A stretch of 61,492 nucleotides of DNA, filler included, from Choristocarpus tenellus KU-1152 (GCA_964200185.2; 8 parts of 8 records of this genome joined end to end with filler, not necessarily neighbours in it), one strand, 5' to 3'. Numbered from the whole stretch's first letter, positions 1 through 12,983 are shown. Notes: generated by a model not told the origin, from the sequence alone. Translations and numbers: made by a program.

Positions 1-431
1 TTGCATTCTCTGTTTGTAAAATAGGTTTTGAGGGGGGGGGGGGGGGGGGGGGTATGGGGCGGGGAAATGAGTTAATTCAACACTGACTTGATTTAATTGG
101 TGTGACCTTTTGTGAACAAGTAAAGATTCTTTGAAGGAGGAACTTTTGCTGGGAGGATGACAAAGGAAATCAGCCCCCGTTGATCGTATGAGCATAATGG
201 AGTAATCATGAGAGAGAAAGAGACAGTTTCACACTAAAATATACTCAGAGTAGGAACTTAGCAATTGGCTACTATGCACAACCATATTCCTCAAAAGAAT
301 ACACATTAACAACCAGAACACAGGCAGAGCAGGTCGAAGGCCAAACGCTTTTATTGAAAGTATTTCAAACCTGCAGATAATGTAACAATACTTAACACCA
401 CAAAATGTCAAACAAACAAAAAAACAAAAAA

Positions 432-438
432 ACACACA

Positions 439-473
<35 letters not shown>
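432..473. repeat. (AC)n microsatellite
   Basis: Run of AC dinucleotides seen directly. Confidence 0.9.
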
Positions 474-475
<2 letters not shown>

Positions 476-890
476 GCCTTGAGATTTCTTAATGAAAGTA
501 TGTACTCCTGGAGGGGCAAAATGGTAGGCAGGGGGAATCAATGCACCACAACATGGTACAAAAGGGCTGTGAATATTCAATGAGGTCTTGTGAGGTCAGA
601 GGTCTAACACAAGCGCTACCGGATCATCCAGTTGGATATCAAACCTGACATCACACAATCATAGTGAAAGATAGCGGGGAGCGATGGTTTCAAACTCCAC
701 TGCCGTCGAACATGCAAGGCATTGACTGCGGTAAACTGCAAAGGACCATAATATAGTTTATTATTCAAAGAGAGGGTACAAACCTGTCAACAGAAAGAAA
801 AAAAAAAACTGCTTAAAACAAAAAAAAATACACAATAAATCTCTCCCTCTTGATTCCACAACGGCATCCCCATGTAGACCAGGTCCTTAC

Positions 891-3628
891 CGCTCCTTGA
901 CCAAAGCGGACATGCCATCCAACAGAATGGGCACCACTGTCTGGTCTAGGTAGGCTCGGATGGGCAAGGACTGTACATTGAGTCTCTCCTGCAGTGTTTC
1001 AGCAGCCTTTTCTGCACTACCATCCACCTTTTAAAAAAAAATCAGTAATTTGAGTTGGGTCAGCGTGAGGGCAAGAGTAGTACAGGACATAGTGTATCAC
1101 ATCATAGCACCGGGGTGAATACTTCACAGTACTCTTTGACAACTGTAGAACAGGGGGGGGGGGGGTTGCTAGGCGATTTTTCTGCTTGGTGACAGTCAAG
1201 TGTGTGTGGCATAGCTATCAACAAGATGTGACCAGCAGTGCTGCAAATAGGCTGCCAAGAAAAGGAATAGGACACCATTGTATGGTATTGTTCACACAAG
1301 TCCACACGCTGTCTTGGATGGGGTTTACAAACCTCACCACATAGAGATAAGGTACAACTAGGGGTACCAATTACAAAGTTTCCAGTGTCAGCGGAACAGT
1401 ATGGCCGTGAAAAAACCAATGACAGTATGTACTATTGAGTATGTGCTGTCATCAGTTTGTGTATGTACATTGGTGGCACAACTCATGGTGTCATACTGAT
1501 CAGCTGAAATCCCCAACATCTGGTTGGCGGAAATCTCCGGTTTGGCCCATAACTTTTCAGCCTGAACATTTTTGGGCTACATTTGGTTCCCTGCGTGCAA
1601 AACTGTCCTGGAGGTAGCCTTTTTCGAGCAAGTGCCCCATGCATATAACAGGGAGAGTTATTTTATGGAGGCAATATCTTACTGCTAGTTCCAAGCAGTC
1701 ATTCTTTGATGTACTACTTTAGTGGAAACCCGGTGGAAATCTGGTTGCAGCTACTATGGGAAACAGAGTGAGTGCTTAGGAGCACGCTCAAGCTTGCACC
1801 AGTGAAAACTGTAGCATACATCAAAGAGCCTGGGTAGGGGGCCATATTCCGACAATTGATTGTTCAGAAAGCGTGGAATCAACTAACATAGTGTGAGGAC
1901 CAGGGTATGAATTAACAAGGCCTGGTACTACAAAAGAGGGTGGATATTTTGGTAGTCCATAGTATTCAAGGACTAGCAAGTCCTTCTTGCCATGTTGTGC
2001 AACTTTAAATCCCGCAACTCACTCCACAATTGTCCTTTGGTTGGCGAGGCAAGTATGATGCCCCCTCCCCTCCCCATCAGGCCCTCAACGGGGAGGGTGA
2101 AGGCGTTTCTTTCTCTTCTCATGCCAATATTGGGGGGGTCGTTTAAGCACAGGTGGGCATCGCAAAAATAAGTATGGTATACAACTTGGTTAGTCGTATG
2201 CCACCTTTCCTTTAGGTCACACAAACAACCAGGCGTGAAGGGCACATCTAAATCAAGTCTCACCTTAGAGGGGACTCAGATTAATAAATAGCATTGATGG
2301 AGGTTTGAGTGAAAGTGTGGGGATAGGTATAAGCAGTAGTCAAGTTGGGGGTTGGACCCATTATATGGGGGGATTGAGGAGTCACAGTGATAGATGAAAG
2401 TCGTGTCACCACCATATATACCTGTCATTCTTGCCCTCGCCCCCAAGGTAATTTATTTGTGTGTACAATATCAAATGTGATCATCACTTAGCAATACCTC
2501 TTGTGCATCTGTATACTTCAAAGTGCAGCAATAGGATTGCACCAATTGCGTTGTCACATTTGTTAATGGGAAACTGGACGTGTAGCAGTGAACAGCACAT
2601 CAGAAAAATCGACTGAAGGAACGGTACCATTGTACAAAAGAACCATACATCCATTAATACATTTACTCCATTACTGTCACTGTGAGTAAATGCAATACAT
2701 TTGACACATGCATACCGTCGTTTCCAATACTACAGTGAGAGACACAAACACGACCCCCTGCTGTTCTCTGTCGTCACTTGTGATCACGCACCTCGTTCGC
2801 CGTCACTGCTGGTGGCCCTTCTGGCTTGGGGGCCACTGTTTCCTTGGCAGCTCCTTCTGCCAGAGATCCTGCATTCCAACATATATAGGTTATTGCAAAG
2901 GAAAAGAGGGGGGTACACGGTTGAGGGTGAGGCAAATTTGGATGAAGATATTATGGGGGATTCGGGTCGGTGTCTTGAGGGGTCGCCCTACAGGTTGAAG
3001 CCTTGACTTGAAGAAGAAAGAGAGTGAGGGGGGTGGTCGACGCATTGCGTAGGTGGTTTATGGGTCATTCCTGGTATGGTGACAGTTCTGTGGCAACAAG
3101 GGGTAGCACGAAAATCTCAGACAAAAAAATGCACAGGATGTTGCACGAAGCTCAGATATATCCAGCCCACCGAGTATCGAGGCCTGAGCCACGAGCAAAG
3201 AGCACCCTCAGATCTTCAAGGAAAAATAGTCTGCTACACCTCTGTCCCCCCCCTGGTGATTACCGGGCGAAAGGTAGCACAAAAAATTCGAAATGGAATG
3301 ACCATACGAAAGGAACCCATCAGGAGGAGCAAAAGTCAGTACCGACAGCATCATCTCTGCCGCCCCGAATGTGGCCATCCTGAACGTAACTACCATACTT
3401 CTTACCTTGAACTACTCAAGCGCTAACCTGGGCTTCAGCTATGCCATCGGATCGCGTAAGTTTCCACTTTCTTTGACAACGTAACATTACGGGTCGTCAG
3501 ATATTCTAAATCAGCGCATCCTTGCTGAATAAAGGCAGGGTATAGTGTGAAGACTAGCATGAGCCCCAGTAAAACTTACCCGATGATTCAACAGCCACCA
3601 TCTGATCCTTTTGATCACTCTCCGGCAT
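891..3628 (-). CDS. DPY30: DPY-30 (COMPASS/Set1 H3K4 methyltransferase subunit); last exon not found, probably before the window start
   Basis: Exons 3628-3580 ([16 protein letters not shown]+G), 2868-2792 ([26 protein letters not shown]) and 1027-891 ([46 protein letters not shown]). All introns are GT-AG with matching phases. The third exon matches the Dpy-30 motif (human [28 protein letters not shown]). The first two exons are less certain. Confidence 0.85.
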
Positions 3629-4259
3629 GTTGACTGTTGAGACGCCGCCGTTCAGTGCGTGAAATGGACCTATAGTAGGTGGACTATCCGAGGGTCCTTC
3701 TCGTCTTCCGATCCACCCCCACCTACTGAGCCGATTTGCCCCGACTTAGGCGATACTCCCTTCCGGAACCCTCCTCTAACAATTGTGTATCGTAAGTGAT
3801 CCTTTGCCCTTCTTACAAAGAAATCAGGGACGAAGTCGTGGATCGCCTTGACAAGGAGGAAATGTGCCAACATTTTTTTTGCAGCATGCCTTCCATTACT
3901 ACTTGAACACCAATTCAAATTTACAAATTTTCCACCAAGCGTGACCCCATAACACATACAAGGCCCTGATATCCATTGACTTGGGGGTGCTCGGTGGTCA
4001 CACTTGTGTTATGGTTGGTAGATTGACCGTCCAGCACTGTTCAACGTGTTCTACAAGCTCAAAGTATTCAAGTCTTTAATCTTTCGTCTCTGTATTCGTC
4101 TCAAGCCTCAGTTTGCGATCTAGAGAGTTAAGACCTGGCCGTTCAAATAATGCCGATTCGCCTCCATAAGTTGTAGCATACTCAAAGAAACTGTGTTTGG
4201 GGGGGAGAATTTACGTTACAGGTAAATCCTGTTGTCGGGAAAGGAAGTTCATTGCTGGC
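3629..4259. promoter_or_regulatory. Probable bidirectional promoter between DPY30 and HUS1
   Basis: 631 bp between divergent predicted start codons (3628 minus, 4260 plus). No specific motif identified. Confidence 0.5.
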
Positions 4260-6349
4260 ATGAGGTTCAAAGCCAAGGTTCTCCAGGACAAGCTCCTTGT
4301 CTTCGCAGGTCCGCTCGGAATACAACCCACCAGGCACTCTTTCTTGTTCTGTGTCTGTACAGAAGGAACGCTGGTCAGTCGCTCTTTCTACTTAGGGTGA
4401 ATGTTCTTTATTGTTCCTGTATCCATGATTGCGTCTTCCTCGATTATCAATGCATCAAAATACACGTCCGTCTTCGTGCTGTGGTCAGTACGTCACACTT
4501 CGATGATCTATCCTCGACGAATAAGAAGCGTCCATGCAGCAAAATGGGCTAGGCAGGCTCTGACATCTCACTACTCACCCCCGCGGTTCCCTGAAGGACT
4601 CATTGGCGCGCTTGAGAAAATAGGTGCAGGATGCATTGTGTATCTCACAGAGACCAAGGTGCAATTTGCGATACAGGAGACAGGTCCAAATGAGGTACAG
4701 GTCTTCTCCGAGCTTCAGCAGGTATATTTCATGTGCACTGGTGGGATGGATACTTGACTTCCCTAGTGCTTTACTCTGCAGTAGCTCTTTTGTTGTAGAT
4801 CGAGATAGAGTTGACCAAATCAACCTCGTGGAGAGCAACTCCTGGACAGCAAATACTGTGTGTGACGACAAAGAAAACATATATGCCATTTTTCTAGTAG
4901 CGCTTACCATGAAAATAATACAATGCTGTGGGCCAGGACTTCAATTTTTTTTCTTGCGAAATTACTCCCTTCGAAACCAAGGTAATGCCCAATCATCTTT
5001 GAAGGCACGATTAACCAATGTACGATCGGGACGAGTAAGCAACTCTTGGACCTCCTCGCCTCCACCTACCAACTCTTGCCTTCCAGTGTGCCTTCCAGGC
5101 TAGACGGCATTTCGCATCTCTTGCACCCCTCCTCCATGTACTGCATGAGCCAAACATATTTGACACACCTGACCTATGAAGACTATCCCATATCCCGTAT
5201 CCGCACAGGAGGTAATCTTCCACGAATATCGCATTGAGAGTCAATCGAACAACTGCATCCTCTTTGAGGCTAACGCCTCACTGCTCCTACAGGCCCTTAA
5301 CTCTGGAAAGTCAGCCCCCACATGTCAGATGAAACTGGCGAAGCGCCAGGGGATGGCCTGCCTGTCAGTGGAAACAAGGGTGAGGAGTTGTTGTGGAGCC
5401 CTCCCACCCTGCTGCATCCCAACCCACTTGTGTCTAACTTCCCCTCTAATCTCCCTCTGTGCCTTGGACCCTCACTTACCTTTGGTGTTGATGACAAACT
5501 GCAAGGCATTTTGTGTACAAGGATAGACGCTACAAAATTGTTAACACATGAGTTCCATTAGCTTTGACCAGAATGTATTAACATATGACTTTTAGTAATG
5601 GTTGGTATGACTTTTAGTGTTGTATTAATATCTGCGCATACATGTGTATCTAATATGCTTATTTTATGGGCATTGACTTTCATGATGATCTTATGGAATA
5701 CGAGGAGTATCAAATGGGAAGGGGAATAGTATCACTCCTGACACTATGTTCTACTAGTACATCCCTTCATAGTCTGCATCAAGTAATGGCTGGTCTTTAG
5801 CTGTAAACCCTTCTTCAGATAATCCATCAGTGAGTCCCCTCCAGGCACAGAGAACACCTAGGGAACTGGGAAGCGTTACTCTGCTAAACAAATAGTGAAA
5901 ACCTCTTGACACTATGTTCTAGTAGTACATCCCTTCATAGTCTACATCAAGTAATGGCTGGTCTTTAGCTGTAAATCCTTCTTCAGATAATCCATCAGTG
6001 AGTCCCCTCCAGGCACAGAGAACACCTAGGGAACTGGGAAGCGTTATTCTGCTGAACAAATAGTGAAAACCCTGGATAGAACCACCATCCCTTACAACGT
6101 GCACTATATTATTTTCTATCCAAAGTGCCTCAAACTACCTTGAACAAGGATGGGCACATCATGGCACATGGATCTTGAAAACACGCACAGTCAATCACGA
6201 AACGGCATATGCCCTTACCTCCCTCCTCTCCCTCTTCCCATCTCTCTTGATAGGCCCTGGAAATTGATGTAGTCCATGACATACCTGTGAAGGTCATGAA
6301 GGCGTCAGACATACAGTACTTCCTACCTCCGGAGGTGCAGATGCCACAG
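4260..6349 (+). CDS. HUS1: Checkpoint clamp protein HUS1 (9-1-1 complex), 5' four exons; 3' part not found in the contig
   Basis: Exons 4260-4308 (MRFKAKVLQDKLLVFA), 4597-4721 (GLIGALEKIGAGCIVYLTETKVQFAIQETGPNEVQVFSELQQ), 5209-5379 (EVIFHEYRIESQSNNCILFEANASLLLQALNSG...KLAKRQGMACLSVETR) and 6254-6349 (ALEIDVVHDIPVKVM...PPEVQMPQ). GT-AG introns, phases consistent. Matches HUS1 hallmarks MKFRAKI, ELxQ..F.E..ES, CLTV, THDIPIKV. Confidence 0.92.
5739..6072. repeat. Tandem duplication, 2 x 168 bp, in HUS1 intron 3
   Basis: TGACACTATGTTCTA...AAATAGTGAAAACC starts at 5739 and again at 5907, with only a few substitutions. Confidence 0.9.
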
Positions 6350-8212
6350 GTGTGCGTTGATCTGCCAAGGCTTAGCTGTCATGCATGCAGAACCCCTTAC
6401 CCCTTACCCCTTACCCCCCCCCACTCAAGTAGCCTGCACGAACTCTGCTAGTAGTATTAATGTTAATATGATTATCGTTGTCTTCACCATCATCTTTGCT
6501 GTTAGTTTACTCTTCACATATAAGCTCAGGGGTCTCGGATCTGTGGTCAAAACGAAGAGCAGATAGGCAAATGAAATAAAATAACAAAAGGGCAAAATGA
6601 TAACAAGATTCAAAAAGAGGCAGTGTAAGATAAAAATGGCCTAGAAGTCAGAGGGAGTAGTCAAGGGAGGTAGGAGGTAGACTCTTTCGCTACCGTGGTA
6701 CCATCAACACCACCAGTACCATCAAGGTCCAAAGCTCAGTTGCACATCCATCTATGTGAGTCCTGCACAAGAAATCCTATCGCAACAAAAACTCCAAACC
6801 AATCAGAACACCATACAGCCCTCGCAATGTCACTGCCGAAATCTGTGTGCCAGTCAGGGGATGGAATTGTTGGTCTTATATATGCATGAGGGGGCCATCG
6901 CCTGCCCAATTCTACTCTTGCCACCTCGCCCACGCACTCGTAACTGTCACATTTTTGTCTGTATGTAAACCTCTTGTTGGATGACGTACCTTTTTACACC
7001 ACACTCCCCGTGTGTGGTGAAAGTACAACAGTGGTCGGTACCAAAGAGTGCCTCTACATACCTCATGGAATCACCATGAGGCGTTATTATTGTTTGTACC
7101 GTGTTTCCATTGCAAACGGTGTGGGGCAAACCCCTTCCCCCGGGGGGACACGTCATGTCCAGGGACGTTTTTAAGTACTCAACCGCCAAGTGTGCATTTG
7201 CATCACCAGGTAACTGGAGTGGGCAAGTGGCATGCGAGTGAGTATAAGGGATCTAAGAATGTTTAGTTTGGACTGGGTCATTTCAGCTTAGAGAAACATG
7301 TCCGTGTGATGTGACTGACAACGCACGAGTGCCACAGTTTGTGGTGATACGTCCAAGTTGGTGTAGAACTCCCGTGGTTTGAACGATTCGTTTGATTTCT
7401 CGTACGTGTGCACCCCCCACCAAGAAAATTCTTCGTGGCGGTGTTGCTTCACGTGCTGAAAGCACGTCTCAGTTCTGATCGAACAGAGTGTTTTCTTGTT
7501 TGTTTGTTTGTTTATTGGGGGGGGGAGGGGGGGCTCTTTTTTTTTTATTGAATTACTACTGTATTTGATACCTCACAGGACCTGTTTTCGAATATTCGAA
7601 CATTGTAATTTGTGCTCAGGAAGTACGCTTCGAAGATTTTTTTTTGTGTTCTTTTCAGTTTTTTGTTGCCCATTTTATTCATCCCTCTACCCCCCTCGTC
7701 AATTGCGAAATCTGACGAACAAAAGGGGCATGCACTCTCTAATCATCTGACATGGCCAAGTGAGTGTTCACATGCTTTGCTGTGTGGCAATACTGAATTG
7801 ACCTCTTGGGGTTAGATCTGCGATTTCATCTTCACACCTGCATGTATGCCAAGTAGTACGTATGACATGAACTTTTCCTACTGCCTTAAGTGATTACATG
7901 CGTGCAGCTCATGCGATGTACTGGAGACTTTTGGTGCGTAATTATCTTTAGTGCATACCTTCTCCCCCACAACTGTTTCCAATTGCCTGAGAAAAAATCC
8001 CACAAAAGGAGCAGCTTACAGCTTCCCCCCCCCTGCCGCCGCCCCTCTTGGCTACTTTGAATTAGCAAGGGTTAGAGCTTGTTTGTGTCTTAGATAAGAA
8101 TTCCATCCTTGGCTACAGGGATTCCTCTACACCCTTTGTGACAAATCTAAGATACACCTATACAAGAAAAAATAGTCAAGTCTCCCCCCCCCCTCCCCCT
8201 TTCCACCCCCCC

Positions 8213-8312
8213 NNNNNNNNNNNNNNNNNNNNNNNNNNNNNNNNNNNNNNNNNNNNTTAATTAATTAANNNNNNNNNNNNNNNNNNNNNNNNNNNNNNNN
8301 NNNNNNNNNNNN
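8213..8312. other. Artificial contig linker N44-TTAATTAATTAA-N44
   Basis: Exact 100-nt spacer with a six-frame stop core. Confidence 0.97.
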
Positions 8313-8422
8313 GCGTCATGAGTGGGGGGGGGGGGGGGGGGGGGGGGAAGGTAGCACCACGGCAAATTGCAACAGCTGATATGCTGCAACGTTGCAGTTC
8401 GATTTCCCTCGTGTTATCCCAG

Positions 8423-11400
8423 TCAGTCCACGTAGAACCTGACCTCGTGGATACTGAGCCACCCTGTCCCAAGATTCCGTGCCTCAAGAGTCACTGAGGA
8501 GGCGGGACCCCAGTCCAACGTGATCTCTTCCCAACTGTCCGTCTGACCAGAGCTCTTGAACGTTCTCGCAAAAGTACCGTCGACGTACACGTTCAACTCT
8601 CTGGTCCGTTCGTCGCCCCTGTAGAAGGCTGGGTGAGGTTTAGACGATATCGAGGGTAAAAGGGAAACGTCAGAGGGAAAATATTCGGAGCAGGAGGGTG
8701 GATAAAGCCATGGAAACATTTGGTATCGAGTTTCAGAAACAAAAACTCGTTTGTTCTTGTTCGAGTTGTAATTCGCAGCAAAGGTTGAGAAGTGAAATGC
8801 GTATGGAGGTATCACACGCTTTAACTTACAAAGGACAATGCTGTGAAGGTCGACAGAGTGTTGGAACTCGTACATGATGCTGCACAAACCCCCTGTGGCA
8901 TCAGCATTCAGGCATGACCATCGGCTCCAGAGATCATCATTGGAAGTGCCATCCTGCCAAAGAGAGGTGGTGGTAGGGTCAGTGTTGGACACTGGGAAGA
9001 TGGGATAGAATAGAGTGTGGGTAGTACCTCCCCACATCTCGTGCATTACTTGATACTTTTCTTGTGAATTAAAATATTGTCCTTTCTAATCCTTACTCTG
9101 TCGACTTTAGCACACCAACTCACCCTTGTGAGTGAAGGAAGACACATGGTAGGGCAGCCAGAGGTTGTGCGATCGTCGAAGCCTGTGGCAGAGACGGCCA
9201 CACTATTCGAGGTATCACCAATCTCATCACCTTCGACAACCATTATTTCCACCTGACAAGGCAAGGAGGAAGGAAATTTGTGTTAACCAATGGTTGATGT
9301 GTATTTCAAAGGACATTCATACATTGTACTACTTCGTACGAGCTTTGCAAGTGAGTCAAGTGATCTTGTGTGGAGTGGAGTGTATACCACAAGTAGGCAG
9401 TTTCGCTATATTACAAGACCATCACAGCAATTCATCTCTAAGAAACAGTCATCTGTCGAAGTTCAAATAAAGAATGAACTAGAACCTTGTTCTCAAGGCC
9501 CAAAACGTCCAGAAGTTCAATACTTGTTCGTGCATACTTTGAGGAAGTTGAATGGAAGTAATTGAGGCCTTAATTTTCCTATCTGAAACAGCTTGTACAT
9601 CCACACATTGTCATGACCAACCTACAAAATAATACTCGGAGGAGCTCTCTAATGGGTCGGCAATTAAGCACTTCGAGCCAGTTGGGGCACTATTAATAAA
9701 TAAAAATAGACGGCCTTCTTCACAGCCTTCAACCTATTGTGAGGTAGAAAGGGTTGCAGCATACAAACAACAGGAATGAGGAAAGAAAAGCGACTAGTAC
9801 CACCGCAATCGATTCAAGAAGCCAAGGTTTTGCGGAACCCTACCTCTGTGAGACTGAACCATTCACCGTCGTCATCTGGTTTGGAGATGATGGTGATGTG
9901 ATCGGCCATAAAGATCTCCTGTTCGTTGGTGAATCTGAAGAGCTCGAGAGCGTCGGTGTCACCGCTACTCTCAGCTGTCATCATGGTCGAGAAACCATCA
10001 GAGACCTCAAACTCTCGTGTGCGGGAAGCGCCCTTGTAGAACGCTGGAAACAGAAGAACATACATTCACACAAGCAAGTCACATAGGGGGGGCATCCCAT
10101 GCACCATCAAGGTTAAATACGAGGTACTCCAGAGCACTTGATTTTATTAGGGTAACCACTTCATAATGGAGGAGCAGGCCTCATGAAAAGGCGTTGGCAA
10201 CTGCTATAATACTTGCAAGTACATTCCTATTAATTAATACAAGTACTACTACTATTTCCCTCAGATATTTTCAATTTAATACTACTAATTACCCTGGTAT
10301 GCGTTTCCAAGAAGAAGCGCAAGCACTTTCCCACAAGTAGCACATTATACTCGTAGTTCTTTCTTTAGGCAATTTGTACTAACGACATAATATTGCTTCA
10401 GGGTAGACTATCCATATCAGAAGTTGATGGAAATTTTGAACGTCCAATATCAGATCTTGATTTTTAGTTGTAGTAGAGCAGATCTGGTATATACTATCAA
10501 GAGTATGATGTAGTATTAATCTAAGCACTACTATATATAAAACACAAAGCAGGAACATTTTTGATCCATCTTTACAAATCGTGGGGCAACTGCCAGACGT
10601 ACACTTACATGTCGTGTAAAGGCTAGTAATACTTCAAGGTACACAACATGAAAATCAACAGGCATAGATCGAGGAGTCGGAGCGAGCGAGCGAGCAAGCA
10701 TCGAAGATCTTCTCCTATACCATATTTGTTGTAGTCATCAAAGCCGCAACATCAGAATGATTACCGCAGCCATAAGAACGCCTCCCGGATATGACGTAGG
10801 GCAATGAAGACGAAGTGAATCAGGTAAGTTTCAAACTTGAACAATTTAATCGTGATTTTACCCTTGCGACAGCAACGTACTAATTCACCATGGTCGACAC
10901 GGTCACGATGACGTTCAGAAGCTACTTCTGTCGCCGTGCTTACATGCCCTGGGTTCCTGGCGGTCGTGTCGCACAACATAAAGGTACTTCAGATGGACCG
11001 TGTTGTTGCAGAACTGATACGTAATTCGTGTACATCTCACCAATATACACGGCAGCCACTGGCTGCTGCTCGCCGAAGGTGTAGGTAATAGAGCATTCGT
11101 TGACACCAAGGTCGGTGGAACAGGACCATCTTGACGAGCCATCGAGATCACCATCCTGTTGGGAAGCGTGGTGAACGGTGGGTCGTGGATCGAGGGCAAC
11201 AAGAGAAACGTTGTGAAACATCAAGATAGATTATATATCGTAGCACACCACCTCTCCAATGTTTGGCGTCACCGGTGAAAATTCCTTTCTATCAACGCAC
11301 CAGGGTCTTATCCGGTGTGCAACCTGAAGGGTCGCAGCCGTTGTTGTCGCCATCTCTCCCATCGTACGCAGTGGCACTGACCGACACTGTCGTCTTGCTC

Positions 11401-11622
11401 GCGACATCCACCCATGCGACTGGGGAGAAGTGGAGAAAGGGGCAAGATGTATATTGTTGGCACATATGGTCGCAAAATAGGCTGCTTGTGCAAGAGCAAA
11501 TGCATTGTAAAACCAAGACAGTCGACACCTTATCAAAACCTTGATTCCAAGCACGCACCGGAGAGAGTGGAGCTCAAGGTGAGGAATAATCCTCCCAGCA
11601 GCACTGCTATGCGCGGAGCCAT
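8423..11622 (-). CDS. Secreted ~318-aa protein: signal peptide plus two tandem CBM32 / F5-8 type C (discoidin, galactose-binding-like) domains
   Basis: Seven GT-AG exons with consistent phases: 11622-11559 (MAPRIAVLLGGLFLTLSSTLS, signal peptide), 11419-11301, 11155-11041, 10043-9844, 9252-9124, 8953-8830 and 8628-8423; 957 nt in total. Each domain carries DG..SRWSC, I.Y.F, FY[KR]G..RTR, SSG.T...E and W.S..EV motifs typical of CBM32/F5-8C modules. Confidence 0.85.
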
Positions 11623-12009
11623 TGCTTTGATATGAGTTGCGAGTAACCACAAGTGGATCCTGAGACTTATGAAGTATGTTTAGTTGCGCTCGATTATAAT
11701 GGATTGAAAAGTGTGTGGAGGGTGTAGGGGTAGTATGGGAGTAAGTTCCAAATCCAACTCTGAATCAAAACGGATATTTTTGGCTTCACCTCAAACTTCA
11801 ACAAAAATGATTGTATAGATTCTATTTTCTTCGTATTAGAAGTGAAACCAAGTATACGTGTTTGTTGTAATCATCTAGTTATATCATTTTATGTGTTGAC
11901 ATATTTTAGGGATTACCAAATATATATGAGTTACAGTGTTGTTTAGGGTAGTGTTTATTGCTGTGCGCGCAACCAACCGTACGGTAGTGGTTAGATGTAC
12001 ACAACACCA

Positions 12010-12923
12010 TCGTATCATTCATCATACTAATGATACCCAACCTTCAGAAACACAATAAGAATATTTCCTGAATATTCGTAGAGAGAGAGAGCTGCTTCCT
12101 TTGAACAACTCTACCCTCCTACTATTGACATTGTTGTGTACTATTGGTAGTATGTACATACATACTCATATGTTGAGCTACGTATGTATGTCTATATCGG
12201 GGAAAAGCAGAGGTCTCGCTCTTTCTCTAAACCAGGTACTACTAGCAGAACTTTAATGTACTCTGGACACAACTGGTAGTTATGGTTTCTTCGTACTTTG
12301 AACCGGCTTCGTATCATTCATCATGCTAATGATACCCAACCTTCAGAAACACAATAAGAATATTACCTGAATATTCGTAGAGAGAGAGAGCTGCTTCCTT
12401 TGAACAACTCTACCCTCCTACTATTGACATTGTTGTGTACAATTGGTAGTATTGTACATACATACTCATAGTGTTGAGCTACGTATGTATGTCTATATCG
12501 GGGAAAAGCACAGAGGTCTCGCTCTTTCTCCAAACTAGGCACTACTAGCAGAACTTTAATGTACTCTGGACACAACTGGTAGTTACGGTTTCTTCGTACT
12601 TTGAACCGGCTTCGTATCATTCATCATAATGATACCCCTAACCTTCAGAAACACAATAAGAATATTACCTGAATATTCGTAGAGAGAGAGCTGCTTCCTT
12701 TGAACAACACTATCCTCCTACTATTGACATTGTTGTGTACAATTGGTAACATTGTACGTACATATTCAGACGTGTATACTTAGTAGTATCAATAGTGTTG
12801 AGCTACCTATTATGTCTATGTCGGGGAAAAAGCAAAGGTCTCGCTCTTTCTCCAAACTAGGTACTACTAGCAGAGTTTTGTCGTAACCCCTGGTAGTTAT
12901 GGTTTCTTCGTACTTTGAACCGG
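12010..12923. repeat. Tandem array of three ~300-bp units
   Basis: Unit begins TCGTATCATTCATCAT at ~12010, 12309 and 12612 and ends GTACTTTGAACCGG. Each unit contains (AG)n. Confidence 0.92.
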
Positions 12924-12983
12924 TTGATTTCTTTGAAGTACCATTAAGAAAAGAGTCAAACTAATCGAGAGGTACCCAGTTTT

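Noticed and set aside
229-580. Cys/Val-rich ORFs (CVCVCV)
   Set aside because: Translation of the (AC)n microsatellite.
3332-3510. Extra DPY30 exons suggested by minus-strand splice-like sites
   Set aside because: No phase-compatible stop-free combination was found. Exon 3628-3580 joins 2868-2792 directly in frame.
6690-7270. Cluster of short ORFs downstream of HUS1 exon 4 as the missing HUS1 exons
   Set aside because: No similarity to the expected HUS1 C-terminal half; probably intronic element debris.
8257-8268. TTAATTAATTAA as a biological motif, and ORFs ending in ...XXXLIN
   Set aside because: It is an artificial six-frame-stop linker repeated identically seven times between N runs.
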